41,877 nt of DNA from Gammaproteobacteria bacterium. Its GTDB lineage: Bacteria > Pseudomonadota > Gammaproteobacteria > GCA-001735895. The position numbers were made by a program, and so were the translations under genes. The stretch is from NCBI GenBank assembly GCA_047629275.1, contig JBLHWR010000003.1:1-41877 (forward strand). Direction: 5' to 3'. The notes below the pieces were generated by a model. The model saw only the letters and a list, made by a program, of their open reading frames with translations. It had not been told where the DNA came from and ran no database searches. This document shows positions 40,058 to 41,877 of the stretch, one piece after another (within the stretch, counting starts at the first letter, position 1; each line of letters opens with the position of its first letter).

Positions 40058-41877
40058 TCATACGATATTTACGACATTAAAGGGTTTAGACTTTTCAGCG
40101 TGCACCAGCGTTAATTCATCTACCACATCACATTGGGGGCTGTAACCTGATACTGCCGTAAAAAAAACATCTCTCATTAATTGAAAATCACCCTTATCGC
40201 AAGCAGCCTCCAATTGCATGATCAACTGCTGCAAATCACGCCAGGCAATCACATTCTCTTGGGCTCTCATAATTTTATCGTGTGCAGTAGCTTGAACGTT
40301 ATCGCCAATCAATAATTCCTCGTACAGTTTTTCACCCGGCCTTAACCCGGTATACACTATCTCGATTTCACCACCGGAGGAATCTTCGTCCTTAACCGTA
40401 TAACCGCTCAGCCGTATCATTTTCTTGGCTAGATCGACAATATGCACCGGGTCGCCCATGTCTAACACAAACACGTCACCGCCTAGTCCCATTGCACCCG
40501 CCTGTATTACCAATTCCGCTGCCTCGGGAATTGTCATAAAATAGCGAACAATATTTTTATCCGTAACAGTAACTGGCCCACCCTGGGCAATTTGCTCTCG
40601 AAACAAGGGAACTACTGATCCCGATGATCCCAGCACATTACCAAACCGAACCATCGTAAAACGTGTATTAACTGAAATTTTATCGTCATTCAATGCCTGC
40701 AAAATCAGCTCAGCAAAGCGCTTGGTCGCCCCCATGGTATTGGTAGGTCGCACTGCCTTATCAGTTGAGATCAATACGAATGTCTCCACCTTCGCATCAA
40801 TCGCAGCCAAAGCCGCGTTTAAGGTACCCATTATATTATTGCGTAACCCTTCACTAGGATTGCTTTCAACCAGCGGTACATGTTTGTACGCAGCCGCATG
40901 ATAGATAGTTTGCACACCAAATGTCTGGCAAACGTCTGTGAGTCGCTTTTTATCGACGACCGAGCCCAAAATGGGGTGAATATCACATTCAACACCTAAC
41001 TTTCGTAGTTCTCTTTCAATGGCATACAGTTGAAATTCACCCCATTCAAACAAAATCAACCGGCAGGGCTCAAGCGCCACTATTTGGCGACAAAGCTCAG
41101 AGCCTATTGATCCACCAGCACCGGTCACCAACACCGTTTTTTGTTTGATATTAGCATTCAACAATTCTATATTAGGTTCGACCAATCCACGCCCAAGCAA
41201 CCCGGCAATATCAATTTCCTGAATATCGTCAGCATTAATCTTACCTTGAGCCAAGTGAGCGACTCCAGGGATGCTGCGCACATGCACTGCAAAAGGTTCC
41301 AACAGGCTAATAATTTGATTTCGACGATTTCTAGTGGCACTAGGCAAAGCCAATAACACTTCAGAAACTTGCTTAGACGCAATCAATTGAGCTAAGCCGG
41401 AAAACGGATAAACCCTTAAACCATGCACATTCATACCATGAAGTGCACTTTCATCATCAATGAAAGCTACCGGCTTTAATTCGCGGCTAAGGCTGAGAGC
41501 ATAGGCCAGTTGTCGACCCGCAGATCCCGCACCGTAAATAAGCACATTCTTAGCTATAGTTGAATCAATGGAAGGTTTAACTGGGAGATATCCACTAAAA
41601 ATCCAACGCGCGATCAACCGACTGCCACCAATGGAAAAAACTGCCAGCAGCGCGTTTAAAATATAAATGGAGCGTGGCACATCGTCAACGTGAGCCATAA
41701 ACACCAGCAGTGACCATATAAAGCTATACAAAAGTACAGCCTTGACAACAGCCCACATGGCGTTAAAACCTATGAATCGCAATATAGCATGATAAAGGCC
41801 AAAGCGAATAAAGATTGGGATTGCAATCAAAGATGTCGCTGGAAAAATCCAAAGCTGCTGTAAAGGAGGCCAGTAAA
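40058..41877 (-). CDS. Polysaccharide biosynthesis nucleotide-sugar 4,6-dehydratase (CapD/WbpM/PglF family), 5'-truncated by window edge
   Basis: IYGAG.AG, VTGAGGSIGSELCRQ, HAAAYKHVP, ISTDKAVRPTN.MGATKR, RFGNVLGSSGSV, GLRPGEKLYEEL; frame is open to the window end. Confidence 0.93.
   Translation of the reverse strand, partial: YWPPLQQLWIFPATSLIAIPIFIRFGLYHAILRFIGFNAMWAVVKAVLLYSFIWSLLVFMAHVDDVPRSIYILNALLAVFSIGGSRLIARWIFSGYLPVKPSIDSTIAKNVLIYGAGSAGRQLAYALSLSRELKPVAFIDDESALHGMNVHGLRVYPFSGLAQLIASKQVSEVLLALPSATRNRRNQIISLLEPFAVHVRSIPGVAHLAQGKINADDIQEIDIAGLLGRGLVEPNIELLNANIKQKTVLVTGAGGSIGSELCRQIVALEPCRLILFEWGEFQLYAIERELRKLGVECDIHPILGSVVDKKRLTDVCQTFGVQTIYHAAAYKHVPLVESNPSEGLRNNIMGTLNAALAAIDAKVETFVLISTDKAVRPTNTMGATKRFAELILQALNDDKISVNTRFTMVRFGNVLGSSGSVVPLFREQIAQGGPVTVTDKNIVRYFMTIPEAAELVIQAGAMGLGGDVFVLDMGDPVHIVDLAKKMIRLSGYTVKDEDSSGGEIEIVYTGLRPGEKLYEELLIGDNVQATAHDKIMRAQENVIAWRDLQQLIMQLEAACDKGDFQLMRDVFFTAVSGYSPQCDVVDELTLVHAEKSKPFNVVNIV

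Noticed and set aside
139-41382. Many short antisense or nested ORFs in the track (e.g. 139-354, 2529-2849, 9054-9425, 12441-12647, 20224-20598, 33970-34350)
   Set aside because: Nearly all shadow well-supported genes and none shows a recognisable motif; 12441-12647 is intergenic but has a TTG start and no motif.

Overview
Chromosomal window of an AT-rich gammaproteobacterium, judged from gene content and order; no finer taxonomy is claimed. Most of it is housekeeping. The left edge holds a stable-RNA-type promoter firing out of the window. Next come ychJ, an epimerase-like gene, a rimB-rimK-deacylase-asparaginase cluster, an RND pump pair, hemH plus a DCC oxidoreductase, and ppiC. A long minus-strand run follows, in transcription order: capD-like dehydratase, DUF2939, miaB, wzz, phoH, ybeY, corC, lnt, leuS, lptE, [insert], holA, proA, nadD, rsfS, rlmH, maf, rng, yhdP, hypothetical, tldD. 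The most notable part is the ~5.3 kb insert splitting lptE from holA. It encodes a membrane-anchored SEL1-like protein, a secreted kinase-less homologue of the PpkA periplasmic vWA region, and a TagT/TagS-like ABC transporter, with no T6SS, kinase or phosphatase genes in the window. It is followed directly by an unannotated ~140-nt GGA-rich CsrB/RsmY-like sRNA with its own -10 element, terminator and candidate GacA/UvrY boxes. Other points: an ECF11 (RpoE-ChrR)-type promoter before hemH-DCC, a Cys-rich insertion in HemH, a wzz gene inside the miaB-phoH operon, and an apparent ATA start codon for phoH. All family calls come from motif recognition by eye, not database searches.
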